From Camelus ferus (lineage: Eukaryota): a stretch of 64,000 nt of DNA. Shown piece after piece: positions 24,851 to 37,274 of the stretch. The notes under the pieces were generated by a model, which made no database searches, was not told the DNA's origin, and was given only the letters and a program-made list of their open reading frames with translations. The stretch's first letter is position 1, and each line of letters opens with the position of its first letter. The stretch is taken from contig NC_045698.1 in NCBI RefSeq assembly GCF_009834535.1, positions 3,846,001 through 3,910,000 on the forward strand. Direction: 5' to 3'. The position numbers and the translations under genes are program-made.

Positions 24851-27089
24851 CGTCTAAAAGGGACCCTAAGGAAACTTCTTAATAAAGAAAGAAGAGTGAC
24901 TTCCAGTTAGGATGCCAAGTGTTTTTAAGTAAATAGATGCTTCTAGACACTTGAAGGTGCTTGAAAACAGTGTTCATCTTAGCATTCTGAGTATTTGCTT
25001 GAAATATTATTTCTCCTACAAGTTTCTCTAATAGGTACTCTTCAAATGAAGTGCAAAATTAACTTTAAGTTCTAGCTCTGGCTCGACTGTTAAGTTCAGG
25101 ATAGGAGTCAGTTGCCATCGTGGAAGACAGAGTCCTCATGTACGCACTTGGCATGGAGATAATTTGCCCAAGTGACCACGAACATGCTGGAAGAAGCCAC
25201 AACTGTCAGTAAGCACTGATATTGCAAAGAAAAGGCTCTGTTCCTTGGGCTGTCTCACCCAGAACCAGAACCAGAACTGGAACCGATGCCTCAGGGTCCT
25301 TCACAATATAGAAAACTGGGAAAGGGGAGGGAGAAACTAGGGGACACAGCTTCACGTCTGATTCCAGCTCTGCGAGAGAAATTTTGCAGGAGAAGTTTGA
25401 TGGTTAAAATACAGCTGGTTTCCAATCACTACAGTTTGGAATTGCCTATTACAATGCTCATGCTATGATGGCAAATCTGCTAAGAACTTTTAATTCTAGA
25501 AAAAGCTGACAAAAATAAATTATGGACAGAGTATGCATTGATACAAATCGCCTTCATTTACTGCACATTAATTTCAAAATGAACAGACATCTAAGAAAGC
25601 AAAGTCTTTCAGGTCTGTCTCCTGACACAATTATTTGAGTTGATGGAACTTCGATGGAACCACCGTAATGAGTGCTGGGCCCGCACAGAAACGGTCCTGG
25701 TGAAGAGCCCATAAGCACCAGCCCGTCAATGCTGCTGACACTGGTTTCCACGGCAGAGGCTTCCTGCTTACTGTGCTCAGAGCTGCTTTTAGGTGCCTGA
25801 GACCCGCTGTGTGCTGCCATATGCTTCTAGTTCTCTCCGCTCTGTTAGGTGGGACTCAATGTCCGAAAGTCTTCCTGGAGAAGGATGTCCTACGTTCACG
25901 TTATTCTAAGTCTGGCCCAAGAACTCTGCTCTTTGCCTCTTGCTTTCTCTCTTAGTTGAATGTCCTCCAGTACGTCCAGGAACCCTTCTGCTTATTTCGA
26001 GTCCTTTGTTCGTTTGTTATTGAGATCATTATTGTGCTAAAAAATTTCAGCATAGGGTAGTTTGGACTCTTAGATCAAGTGGGTCTCCGAGATGAGCTTT
26101 GCCAGCCTTCTGTGCACGGCCACCCCATCCCACCACCTGCGTCCACTGCAGCCTGGTCTTCTACGCTGGTGCACCCATCTCTTCTCCAACACTTGTCACC
26201 TCCCCAGGTACTGCCAGGCATCTGCTCACTCCTCTTCAGCAGAGCCAAGGTTAAGCTGGTAAAAATTAATCCCTGCCTCAGAGGAGACATTACCAGCGTG
26301 GAGCAGAGGGGAGGACGCGTCGCTACTCCTGCTCCCCTGAGTCTCCTGCTTGCGTTCTCACAGAGCTCCTGAACTCTGCCCCCAGCCTGGCTCCTAGATC
26401 TTGTCTTCCACCTAGTTTTTGACCAGACCCTTGTCTTGACCCCAGTTGGTTCTGCATGTGATCTCACCTGATCCTGACTTCTGACTTTTTCTAATCTATT
26501 TCTAGCTTCCACGAAGTCTCCCCACCCCCCAATCTTCCCTGGACTCTTTGCCTTGATGCTCTAATGCCGGCCTCTCTTGTTTCATTTTATTCCCTTAGTG
26601 ACACATCACTGTGAGCTCTGTGGGTTCCCCTTTTCCTTCTGAACTGCCTTAAAATTAAAGGAGGAAATAAGTTCCTAGAACATATACCATCTATATCTGT
26701 ATATCTCACTCCCCAAACAAACACCACTTTCTTTTTGAAAAATTCTAGCATATGTAAATTTCTCCCTTTACATCTTCCACAATCCACTAGAACTTGAGTT
26801 GCAATGTTTTCAAACGGCTATTCAGTCTGTTGGGGAGAGGCCATAGACACAGAAGCGCCTCCGGCATTCGGAGAGAGACACAGCACGGGGCTTCCTGTCC
26901 ACAGAGCATTTTGTAGTAATAAATAATAATTACAACTTGCTGAGCATTTAGTTTTTGAAAGTGGATTATAACTAATACTATTTTCCTTTAGCTCATGTCT
27001 TTATTGCTCATTGTGGTGGACAGAAAGCATTTTCAAGTTTTTCCTATCAGTTTTCCTCCAGAGGTCTTCCATTCCTCAATCCATTCTAC

Positions 27090-27330
27090 TCTTCTTAATT
27101 AAATTCACTTCAGCCATTGTTTATTGACAATCCATTCTGTTATTCTCATTACAGGCAAAGCATCACAGTGAATAAAACATGGCACCTGCCCTTTAGAAGT
27201 TTACAGACTTGGGGGGAGTATTTGGACAATTGGACAATTCAAATTCATTGCTGTGAAATGCCACGTATGGACAGAGTTGAGCTGCCCCCGGAACACGTGC
27301 AGCCAAACCTGAAGGACGTAGAGTCTGAAC
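27090..27330 (-). mobile_element. L2 3' fragment
   Basis: attcacttcagccattgtttattga...cacagtgaataaaacatggcacctgccctttagaagtttacagact. Confidence 0.6.
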
Positions 27331-27610
27331 CAAGAACACTGCTCTCCTACCCTCGCCCCTCCTCGCAGTTGACTTGGAAGGGGGCTGCTCTGATGTTGCG
27401 CCTCTGTGACATTTTAGTAAAATCTTAATTTCTTTGTTGATCCTCTCACGTCTTCGGTGGCACTGCAGCACTACAGAAACATGCCACTGATTTTGCATGC
27501 CCAGCCTGAGATGCTCTGCTATGCATGTTCCTGTGGGGTAAGAGCTGAATCACAGTTTTCTTGGGGGAAATAAAAAAAGCCGCACTAAATAATACATCAT
27601 GGAACATACC

Positions 27611-28085
27611 TGTGTTTGTTTCTTATTGCTGCTGCAACCTTACTGCAAAATTAGTGGGTTAAAACAACATAAATGCATTATCGTACAGCTCTGGTGGTCA
27701 GAAGCCTCACCAGGATAAAACCAAGATGTTGGCAGGGCTGCGTTCCTTCTGGAGCCTAGGGGGGAATCTGCCTCTTTGCTGCTTCTAGCTTGCAGACACT
27801 ACCTGCATTGCGTGGTCCATGGCCCTCCGTCTGTAAAGCCAGCTTTAACATCTTCAGGTCGCTCTGTGACTCTGATTTCTGTTCCGTCCCTTTTTCCTAC
27901 TTATGAGGGCCCTGTTGATTATATTGGGTCCACTAGATAATTCAGGTTAATCTTCCAGTTTTAAGATCAACTGATCAGCACCCTTAATTCCATTTTACTG
28001 TAATTCCCCTTTGCCGTATAATCTAGCATGTTTTGGGGATCAGGACGTGGGCGTCTTTGGAGGGAGCATTATTCTACCTACCACA
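27611..28085 (-). mobile_element. MLT1D-like MaLR LTR
   Basis: tgtgtttgtttcttattgctgctg...gtgggttaaaacaaca...ttaagatcaactgatcagcacccttaattcc...cattattctacctaccaca; both TG/CA ends present. Confidence 0.85.
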
Positions 28086-28984
28086 GCATTTATGATCCTT
28101 CTTGTTTTTAAACATTCCAGCATCCCACATGCACAACTGGTTTAAAAGCCTCTATAGTTTCTGCTTCTGATGCTGTTGTAATGTCTTCTTTCAGATCAAC
28201 CCGCTACTGAAGACAACTAGAAAATCTTGACAAAAACCTTCAGATTTGCTTAAGTGCATCAGAGAACTACTTATGCAGCCAGAAATCACCATACAGTGTC
28301 CCTGAGGAATGCTCTGAGTCCAGCATTCTGTGATGCTTTGTAAGGAATTTGTTAATTTGTAAGCACTGCAAGACCCAGAAACCAAAGATCTGAGCAAAAA
28401 GCAGCAAACAAAGTCTGAGCATCTGAGCTAAGGTTGGTTCAGGCACAAAACTTGGAGTTTGAAGTTGCTAAGGCATCGAAGCCTTGAGGTACTAAAATCA
28501 TGGAGAAAAGGGAAATGCATTAAGCTGAGAATGCCTCTCTGTCCGCTTCAGACATTTGCTGACCTTGGCAGATAGACATGGGAAAGAGGACGAAACGTGG
28601 TCTTCAGAAAAGAATGTGCCCCTGTAAACCCTCCAGGTTCTCAGGAAGGACCCCAGGACCAGGAAGTGAGAACTCAGCGTCAACCAGCTTAATCCAGTTC
28701 TGGATCGCAGTGATCTGCTCATTCCATGGGTAGGAGGTTTGGAAGGGCCCACCTGTGGTCTCCTACTCATCATCCAGATGCCTTCTAAGTAAAGAAAAGT
28801 ACATCTTCACCAGAGGAAAATGACCACAGCAAGAGACTCACAGATTTCTACCAGTTTTCCATGCTCATTGTCAGGCGTCCTGTAAACAATTAGCAGGCCT
28901 CGCATGAGGCAGAAACAAATTACTAAAACCCAAGAGACAACCTGGAAACAGATCCAGGGCCGTCCTCGCTGTCTTGGATTAGTC

Positions 28985-29269
28985 TCTCTGGAGATGCCAT
29001 GAAAGATGAGGATAGTCGGCCCCATGGACAGACTCATGGGGCAGGAACTGAGGTCCTCAGCCCACAGCCTACAGCCCACTCACCCTCGTATGCCTCATGC
29101 CTTCAGATGTCTTTGGTCCCAGCTGACCGCTGATGGCACCCACAGAGGAGACCACAGGTGGGCCCTTCCAAACCTCCTACCCATGGAAACCATGGGAGAT
29201 AACAGAGGATTATTGTTGGGCACACTAGGCTTTGGGGAGATTTGTTACAAAGCATTAGGTAAGTAACAC
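28985..29269 (+). mobile_element. MLT1F-H-like MaLR LTR, 3' part
   Basis: ggaactgaggtcctcagcc..cagc...ccttcagatg...gaaaccatgggagataa...ttggggagatttgttacaaagcattaggtaagtaacaca. Confidence 0.7.
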
Positions 29270-29289
29270 AACCCCCAGCAACCTGTCCT

Positions 29290-29945
29290 CACACGTGCAC
29301 CGGAAGACCTGCACGTAATGTTCTTAGTAACTTTATTTGCAATAGCCCCAAACTGGGAAAAAAAAGTAAAACTCAAATGACTGTCACCAGCAGAATGGAT
29401 GAGGAAGCTGTGTCATGCTCATATCAAGGAATGCTACAAATCAGTGAAAACCAATAAACTGCTGCCACACACAGCAACACAGACACATTCCACAAGTACA
29501 GTAATTGAGCAAAGGCAGACTGGGATTTCAAAATGTAGAACAGATCAACAGGATTATAGTGTACAGCACAGGGGAATATATACAAGATCTTATCGTAGCT
29601 CATAGTGAAAAAATATGTGACAATGAATATATACATGTTCATGTATAACTGAAAAATTGTCCTCTACACTGGAATTTGACACAACATTGTAAAATGATTA
29701 TAAATCAATAAAAAATGTTAAAAATAATTGAGCAAAGTCTACATACTAGAGGATTCCATCAACACAAGATTCAAAAGTAGGCAAAACTCATTTACGGCGA
29801 TGAAAGTCAGAATAGCGTTAACCTTTCAGGAGGAAGTAAACGGCCACTGGGAAGAGAACCAGGAGGGCTTCCAGGAGCTTACGAGATTCTATTTCTTTAT
29901 GGGTCAGTGGTTGAAAAGAATTTTTTATTTTTTGACAGTTTATTA
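29290..29945 (+). mobile_element. L1ME-type 3' end, split by a young L1
   Basis: gtgcaccggaagacctgcac.taatgttc..aatagccccaaactggga...cagcagaatggat...attcaaaagtaggcaaaactc...aagtcagaatagcgtta...gagggcttc. Confidence 0.75.
29515..29724 (+). mobile_element. Young camelid L1 3' end (210 bp)
   Basis: gcagactgggatttcaaaatgtaga...ggaatttgacacaacattgtaaaatgattataaatcaataaaaaa; perfect 13-bp TSD taattgagcaaag at 29502-29514 and 29725-29737. Confidence 0.92.
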
Positions 29946-30150
29946 AGCACTATAGGTTTTAGAAACATAATACCTCTGTAAATTCATGGCAATGCTACGG
30001 AGAATGCATATAAGCAAGGAAATCTCAGACTATTTTGGCTAAGTAATAGCTCTTCTAGAAATTTCTCCATTTAAAAATAGAGTAGCTTGCCCTGAAGATA
30101 CAGACCCGCCATTTGATCAGAGAGCCTGGCTAGTGGAAGAGTCAGTTTTT

Positions 30151-30460
30151 CCGTCTTCAGCAGGCTCGCGCACCTGCAGCGCCCCCTGAGAGGGAACCAG
30201 ATCGCGGCTGGTGGTGAGGAAGCCCCTGGCTCGAGCTCCGTGTGATGTGCCGTGGAGCCTGACAGTGCCCCTGGCTGCTCAGCCCGTAGACGAAACACCA
30301 GCGATGCCCCAAGGCGTGAAGCCTCCCCGGGCCCCAGAACCTCTGGTAATTGCTCGGAGCGGGCTCCTGTCACCCGGCGGCCGCCTGGCGTGAGGACGGC
30401 GCGGCCCTTCCCGCGGCACAACGTTGGCGTGATTCATGTGAAGGCCGTGGGGGTAAACGG
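30151..30460. promoter_or_regulatory. Small CpG-rich island, candidate cis-regulatory element
   Basis: About 29 CpGs in ~310 bp by hand count, GC-rich, no recognisable repeat; partial CTCF-like motif gcagcgccccctgagagg at ~30176-30193. Confidence 0.45.
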
Positions 30461-33400
30461 GTGTTTCTGAAAATTTGTCATGAAAAAATGTTTTTAGTCT
30501 GGCAGCCCGGCAATCACCGCCAACTTTCAGCCAATTCAGCTCTGCCTTGGGTCAGAACCAAGGTCTTGCCTAGGGTCTGGGCATCTGAAAAGCACTATCA
30601 AATCTCATAGCTTTCACATTAAAAATCATAAAACAATGACTCCAACGCTTGGCTGATTTCAAAAACGCCAATCTTAAAATTACTTTATTTTCTTTAGGGG
30701 TAAATTAGTTTGTTTGAGCCTCATTACGTTCTGTTTCTCCAAATTAAATTGCCTTCAGAGTCTCTTTTTTTGCTCTTAAAAGTTATGCAACAACAGTTTT
30801 TTTTTTTTCTTTCGGTCCTGCACGAGGTTAATGTAATCTTCCTAATCACAAGGGAGATGGTTGGAGCTACTCTTGTTCAGAACACGGAGCCTTTGCAAAC
30901 TGCATCATGAACACTGCAGTCCATTAGCTAATGGCCATTTCTGCCTGCAAAAAATAAAAAATACAGTGGAAAAAAAAACTCTAGGGGAAATTGATTTTTA
31001 TCAACTCCAACACAGTGTTTCTTTTCAGTGCAACTATGTGAAAACATCAAGAAATAGCAATTAGAACTACGCTTCTTTTCTGCTGTTGCTGCCAGCATCC
31101 ACCATTTTTAGAGACATGGGAAAGCTTCTGTTTTGATTTCTTATTTTGATCTCTTCTCCTGTGAGAAAGTGCATTCGAAATATAATTTGTATCTAATATA
31201 TTTGGATCGCACATCCGAATTCAGTAACTTCTTCTTCAGGGAAGTTTTTATTCTTAAACTTGGAACTGCCGTGAAAATGGACAGCCTTCTGCTAGTCATA
31301 GAACGTAGACGAGGAAATATTCAAAAGGTTGGCTGCCTACTATTTTCTTTCTGTTTCTAACTCTAGTTCACCGTGAAAGTGAATTTTTAAATAGAGCTTT
31401 ACAGCACAACTCAAAAAAAAAAAAAATCACATGAAGTTTCCATTCAGTTCACCCCGATAGTGAATGACTCTGGCCAGAAAATGCACTGATCTTGGCAAAA
31501 TAAACAAGGATGGACATGGATGCCCAGTTCTGAGGCCAAGGAGGCTCTTCAAACATAACTGGAGGCTCTTATTTTATTGACAAGGATTTAACCCAAAGTG
31601 CAGACCTTCTAGAAGTATGGGGAAGCTTTCTCTGATCGAGGGTCTTTCATACACACAACGACTTTCTTCCTCATGTAAATAAAAAGTAATTTAGTTCTGT
31701 TTGCTATTTAAGAGAGAAATAGAAGAATCCTTGTCTGGTTCTCAAATTAGCAATGGGGAAGAGAAATTTCCAGTTCAACGAACTGAGCAAGTCAAAATTG
31801 AGTTCAGTTACATAGGCTGGAAGGCAGAGAAGATTCCAGGAAGGAGGAACATGTTGATGGGGAAGAAAAACAAAGCATGGACTAGGAGGATAAAAGTTCG
31901 GTAGGCATGAGGGTGCAGTGAAAAGCCAACACACCATCTTGGGGCATTTTAGAATTAAAGGTGCAAACTCTTACAGCTGTGGTACCTACATATCCTCAAG
32001 GCCAACCCTACACTCACCCTCTCTTCAAACTAGTTTAGAAACAAATAACATCATGAATGGAAACACACCACAGCAAACCTGAATTTGTGGATCCTTGTTT
32101 AACATAATATATACATACACACCCTGAAATCCAGCATCTGGAAAGCCACGATTTGATGGAATCTGGATGAGTCTCAGGAGCAGGCAGGGGTGGATCCAGT
32201 GAGATCAGCCTCCCCACACCCTGTGTGCCTGGGTTTCAATTCCCAGGGAGCCTTTTGGTAAGAGCCAGAGCCTCAGAGCACAAGGAACAGCCAGACCAGC
32301 CTCCAAAGTACCAGTCGGGTCACATTGGCAAGTCACCGGGTGGCTCTGAGTGTTCTCATTCAAAAATCATCTTTGCTTTTTCAAGATCAAATGACAATCT
32401 TCTGTTACAGCTCCCAAAGTGAAGATAGGTCTCTGTTACACAGACTTTCTAAAGCGACCCCCCCCCACACGCACACGTGCATATACACACACACATACAC
32501 ACGCGTGGGTACATTCTCCACCCTATAGAGTTGGAGCACATCCAGGTGACTGATGATGAAAGTAACTTCAGTTAAGAAGGACACTTGTTTGCCTAATGTA
32601 TGACCCACTCAGCTTTCCTTTCTGCACCCGTGTACAGAACTTCCAGAGCAGTGGCATTGAGTGGGGAGGATTTACTCATCAAAACCAGGATGGTATGTTC
32701 TTACCTATGCTGATATGTGCATATGAAAGTACCAAGACTCTGTCTTTGTCTTTAGTTCTGAGATGCCATGTGCTCTACAGTGGTCCCATAAGCATCACTC
32801 ACTCTAGGTGTCCTAGAAAAGTAGAGCAGGAAATGTTTCTGTTCCCCAATGAAGATGCTGATCTCCATCTAGGAGAGGAGCAGCCACACCCTGATGCCAA
32901 GTCGAAGGTGGTCCTCGCTTCTCAAGGAGTTTCCTGATTTGGAATCTGGCAGTCATGGTGGGAATTTGCCACCCTGCCATCCAGTGTGAAAGGATGCCTA
33001 CACCTTCCCTCCTCAGTGAACATTTTCATTCCTACTGCATCTTTAAATTCTGCTCAAGAAAGTCAGGTACCAAATAAGGAGGGGGGTCAAGGATCAATTT
33101 CTTTGCATAGTGGCAAAATAATTCAGGATCCTTCACCTCCTGAGCGGGTGTCCGGGAATCCAAGGAAGGAGAGTGTTTCCAGGCGGAGGGGATGATCTAC
33201 CGCACTGAGTGCTGTTGGGGGTTAGAGGTGAGGTCAGCGTGGACAGGAGATGTAAGGCGAGGCAAGCACAGATGGGCAGGATTAGGTCACCAGCAACCCC
33301 GACGACGGCCATTCCATTGGGGTGCTGGGAAAACCTCGGTGATGTGGGTGGACAGCTTGTCCACAAAGTGTGGAGACACATGGACCTAGTTGCACACGGA

Positions 33401-34838
33401 CTGGCGAGAAAACATAAATAAAACAACATCAGCGTGATGACTTAGGAGAACACTGAACTGTCTTCTGAGCAGCCTCTCTGCCTCCCCTTTGCCCCTTCTG
33501 TGCACACGCTGCACAGCACCAGCATGGCTCTCCTGGAAGGCCAGTTAGGTCATTACACGCGCTCAAAACCCCACACGATGTCGCGCCCCGATCACAGGCC
33601 GGCCCCCTACCTCCCTGAGCTCTGCTGTAGCCCACCCCTTGCTCTTGCTGCCTCAGCTCTCCCAGAAGTTCTGAGTTTTGCCCCCGGCCAAATGGTGCAG
33701 GTTTACAGGAGACAGTAGAGGTGCTCCTATAAACCCACAAGGCAAAAGACTGACAGTGCAGCGGGAAAACAGGCAACGATATGGACGAGCAACACACAGA
33801 AGGGGAAATACAGGTGGTCAGAAATCTCGGCACCCCTGGCCTGCAGGAAAACGGAAGCCAAAGCGGCAGCAGCCTCACGTTGCCTGCCCAGCAGACGAGC
33901 AGAGCGTGGCGAGGACCCCCTCTTCCGTCCGGAAGAGGAGCCAGAGAAATAGGCTGACTGTGGCTGGGCACGACGGGAACGGCTACAGCTCTTTGAAGTG
34001 TGTCTCTGACAACTTGATGGACACACAACCTTTGCCCCAGAAACCCCATTTTTAAAAGAATCTATCTCATTATGATTAAAAATCAGGATATTATTTGTAC
34101 AAGAATATTTCTGAATATCAAAAACACTGGAAAATGGTCTGAAAGCCCATCTGTAGCTAAGATTTAGTTAATAAATATCACCTCATACCGTGAGATGTTG
34201 TTATGTTCCTACTTGTTTCAATTGATGCTAAGTTTTCCCTGATTTCTAAGGATATTCATTAAGCATTTTTGAAAAAATGGTTCTGCTTTCTGCACTGTCT
34301 CTGTCTCCTCCTCATTTCCTTCCGCCCCCACCCAGTATGCGGTTTTCACTGGACCTCCTGTCTTCACCCCGTGCCCTGTGCGCGGCTGTGCCCGCAGCCC
34401 CCGAGGACCGACGCCCACATACCGAGGGGGAGGAGCTGGAGGAGGAGGCAGAAGGCAGCTTCTGCACGTGGGCTGGGTTGGAAAACCGGGGGCCCCACAG
34501 CCACTCTCAGGGGGTGTCCTTTTTTCTCCCTTGCCCTCCATCCGTGTTTCGGGCATCCCAGCTACAGCTCCCCACTTCCCGAGCCCACCTGGGGTCTTGG
34601 CACAGAGTGCCTTGCTTAGGACCCCCAGTGCCAGCTTAGGTTTCACTGCTGTTGTTGCTAAAACAAAAAGTGTTTATTCATCTGCTTTCCAGCTTCCAAA
34701 ATAGTGCAGCTCCCACCTCTGTTTCCACTCTCTTCTTTCTCATAACTTACGCATTTTACCCCTTTTCCACAATTTAAGTGGATTTTGGCAGGGAGCAAGG
34801 TAGACACGTGTGTTCCATCATTTTTAAAGGGAGGCCCT

Positions 34839-35045
34839 TACATTAGTCGGCTGGGCTGTTGTTACAAAGCGCCGGAGGAGGCATGGCTTAAAAGACCGAT
34901 GGTTACTTTCTCACCGTGCTGAAGGCTGGAGGTTCAAGATGAAGTTGTCAGCAAGGTTGGTGTCTTCCAAGGCCCCGAGGCTCCTTGGCTTGTGGAAGGC
35001 TGTCCCTTGCTGTGTCCCCACAGGGTCTTCCCTCTGTGCCTAGGT
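34839..35045 (-). mobile_element. MLT1A/B-like MaLR LTR fragment
   Basis: cattagtc.gctgggctg..gttacaaag...tggcttaaa...ttctcac.gtgctgaaggctggaggttcaagatgaagttgtcagca.ggttgg...tccttggcttgt. Confidence 0.8.
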
Positions 35046-36231
35046 TCTTGTCACAGATGGAGAGAAGGAGACTGTTGACAAAAACACCCTTCCCCAGGCA
35101 TCTACAGGGAGGTGGCCTAGACGTCCCAGAGCCCCGCTGGGGTCGGGAGTGGGAAGCGAGGGACAGACAGGACAAATGTGAGCGGGTTTAATGCACTTCA
35201 AGCAAAGCAGGTTGTGTCTCAATTTTGTTTTTTATCTGGTTAAATTCCAACTATTCTGTTTAAATTGAAAGTAAAAACACAGTAATTTGGACCAGAATTT
35301 CTCCACCAGTTTTGTTCCAAAAAATCGAGCTCCTCGTACCTTTTTAAGACTTCTCTATATTTGGAAAATGTTTTAAAAGATGAAAAAAGTAGGAAAATTC
35401 AAGCGAAAAAGATAATAAACATGTACATATACTACCAAGAAATAAATGAATGGAAGAAAACTCTGGCTAAGCATTCGGTGTTGCTGAGAAGCGAAGTTGA
35501 ATTTGCCACATTTATTTCCAAGAGCCTGGATGAGGGTTCTTCTCCCAGGTCTGCCTGTTGGGTTTTCACACGAACATTTTCATCTGCCTGTGGGTTTTCA
35601 TCTGAATATACAATAGGGGACCCATTTAGGTAACCGTTGGAAGTGATAACTTTTCCTTTGAGTCTTCAAAGAAGTCGGCTGGCCTTGAACACCTGCCACG
35701 TGATCCCACGTGAGTGTGATCCGACACTTCCAGTTAGCGTGTGCACGGGATTGGGTGCCATCCCAAGTGAGAAGAGGAAGAGCAGTGCGATGTAACAAGT
35801 GCAAACACACATGCTGTTTCAGGAGGCTCTCGCTCAGTTTTATAACTTGTGTAACAAACTTTTCGGTTTTTGTTGTTATGTAAGTTTAACTTTCTGTAAC
35901 ATTTTATCTAATTATTGTCAGAGCTTTCTTAAGGGAAAAATCCGGCCTGTGATCAAAGTTATGCAAGTCAGTGTCACAGGCAACGGCGGGGGGGGGGGGG
36001 GGCACGCCATGTGGTAGATGGGTGTTAGCCTTGACTAGTTATCTCAGTGTTGCCCTTTGTCAGACTTCTTATGTAAGATCACGTGTACGGATAGTATTTC
36101 TAGACGTGAGTCTCTATGCTATCTTATTGGATTTTCATGATGCCTGGGTCAAGATTATCCTCTTTGACAGAAACAGAAAGTAAACACAGGTCCCTTCCTA
36201 TTCTTAAAGGTGGTATGGCCCTCCATTCACT

Positions 36232-36430
36232 TAGAATAGATCAACAAGATTATACTGTACAGCACAGGGAAATATACACAAGATCTTATGGTAGCTCACA
36301 GAGAAAAAAATGTGACAATGAATATATATATGTTCATGTATAACTGAAAAATTGTGTTCTTCACTAGAATTTGACACAACATTGTAGAATGATTATAACT
36401 CAATAAAAAAAGTTAAATAAATAAATAAAA
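36232..36430 (+). mobile_element. Young camelid L1 3' end (~200 bp)
   Basis: tagaatagatcaacaagattatactgtacagcacagggaaatata...gaatttgacacaacattgtagaatgattataactcaataaaaaaa plus (taaa)n tail. Confidence 0.9.
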
Positions 36431-36966
36431 TGTAGACAATAATAAACTAGACAATGTATGACAAATGTGCCCTAGAGGGATGAGAACACACCAAGTCACC
36501 CCAATACCGGGGAGCAGGAGTCCCAAGGCTGTGTCAGGGACACGTCCTCCCCTCACCTCCTGGTCCACCTGGCAGTTGCTGCAGCTCTCAGGAAAATGAG
36601 CCCCTTCTCAAGCCCCTCCTCCTTGTCCCCAGTGTGTGGTGGTCGTGAGTCTTGGACCTGCCTGCGACCTGTCCCTTCCCTTGTCTGTCCTCCTTACCCA
36701 GCAGGGCCGCTCTCCTCCGCTGGGGGACTCCTGCACCTGGGTCTTTGCAACAGTGTCCAAGTGTCCCAGTCTGCTTCCCTGACCCCTGTCCCTCCTGCTG
36801 AAAGCTACCCTGCAGATGACAGCCACACGTTTGTTTGTTCTTTTCTTGTGCCAGGACCCTATTTAAAATGCTGTGAGTCAGTCTATCTTCCAGTGTAGAA
36901 ACTCTAACTCACAGGCTTGTCTTTGAGGTCTCTGAAACTCCCCTCTGCTCGTGACCCCCTCTGTGT

Positions 36967-37274
36967 TTGAGACTTGAGGTTGATCTGGATTATTGGAGTG
37001 GGCCACAAGTGTAATTACAGAGCTCCCTTTTAAAAGGATAGGAGGGTCAGTGGGGGGCAGGCAGCAAACACAGTGGAAGCAGAGACTGGAAGATGCATCC
37101 AGGAGCCGAGGGATGGGGTGGGCCAGAAAGGAGCTTTCAGAAAGAACCAGCCCTACTCACACCCTGATTTCCGCACCTTAAGACTCGGACTTGCATAATG
37201 TAAGATAATAAATGTATGTTGTTTTAAGCCAATACATTTGTGGGGACTTAGAGCTGCCATAAGAAATGAATACA
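36967..37274 (+). mobile_element. MLT1C/D-like MaLR LTR
   Basis: tctggattatt..gtgggcc..gtgtaattacag...gaagcagagactgga...aagataataaatgtatgttgttttaagcca...gccataagaaatgaataca. Confidence 0.75.
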
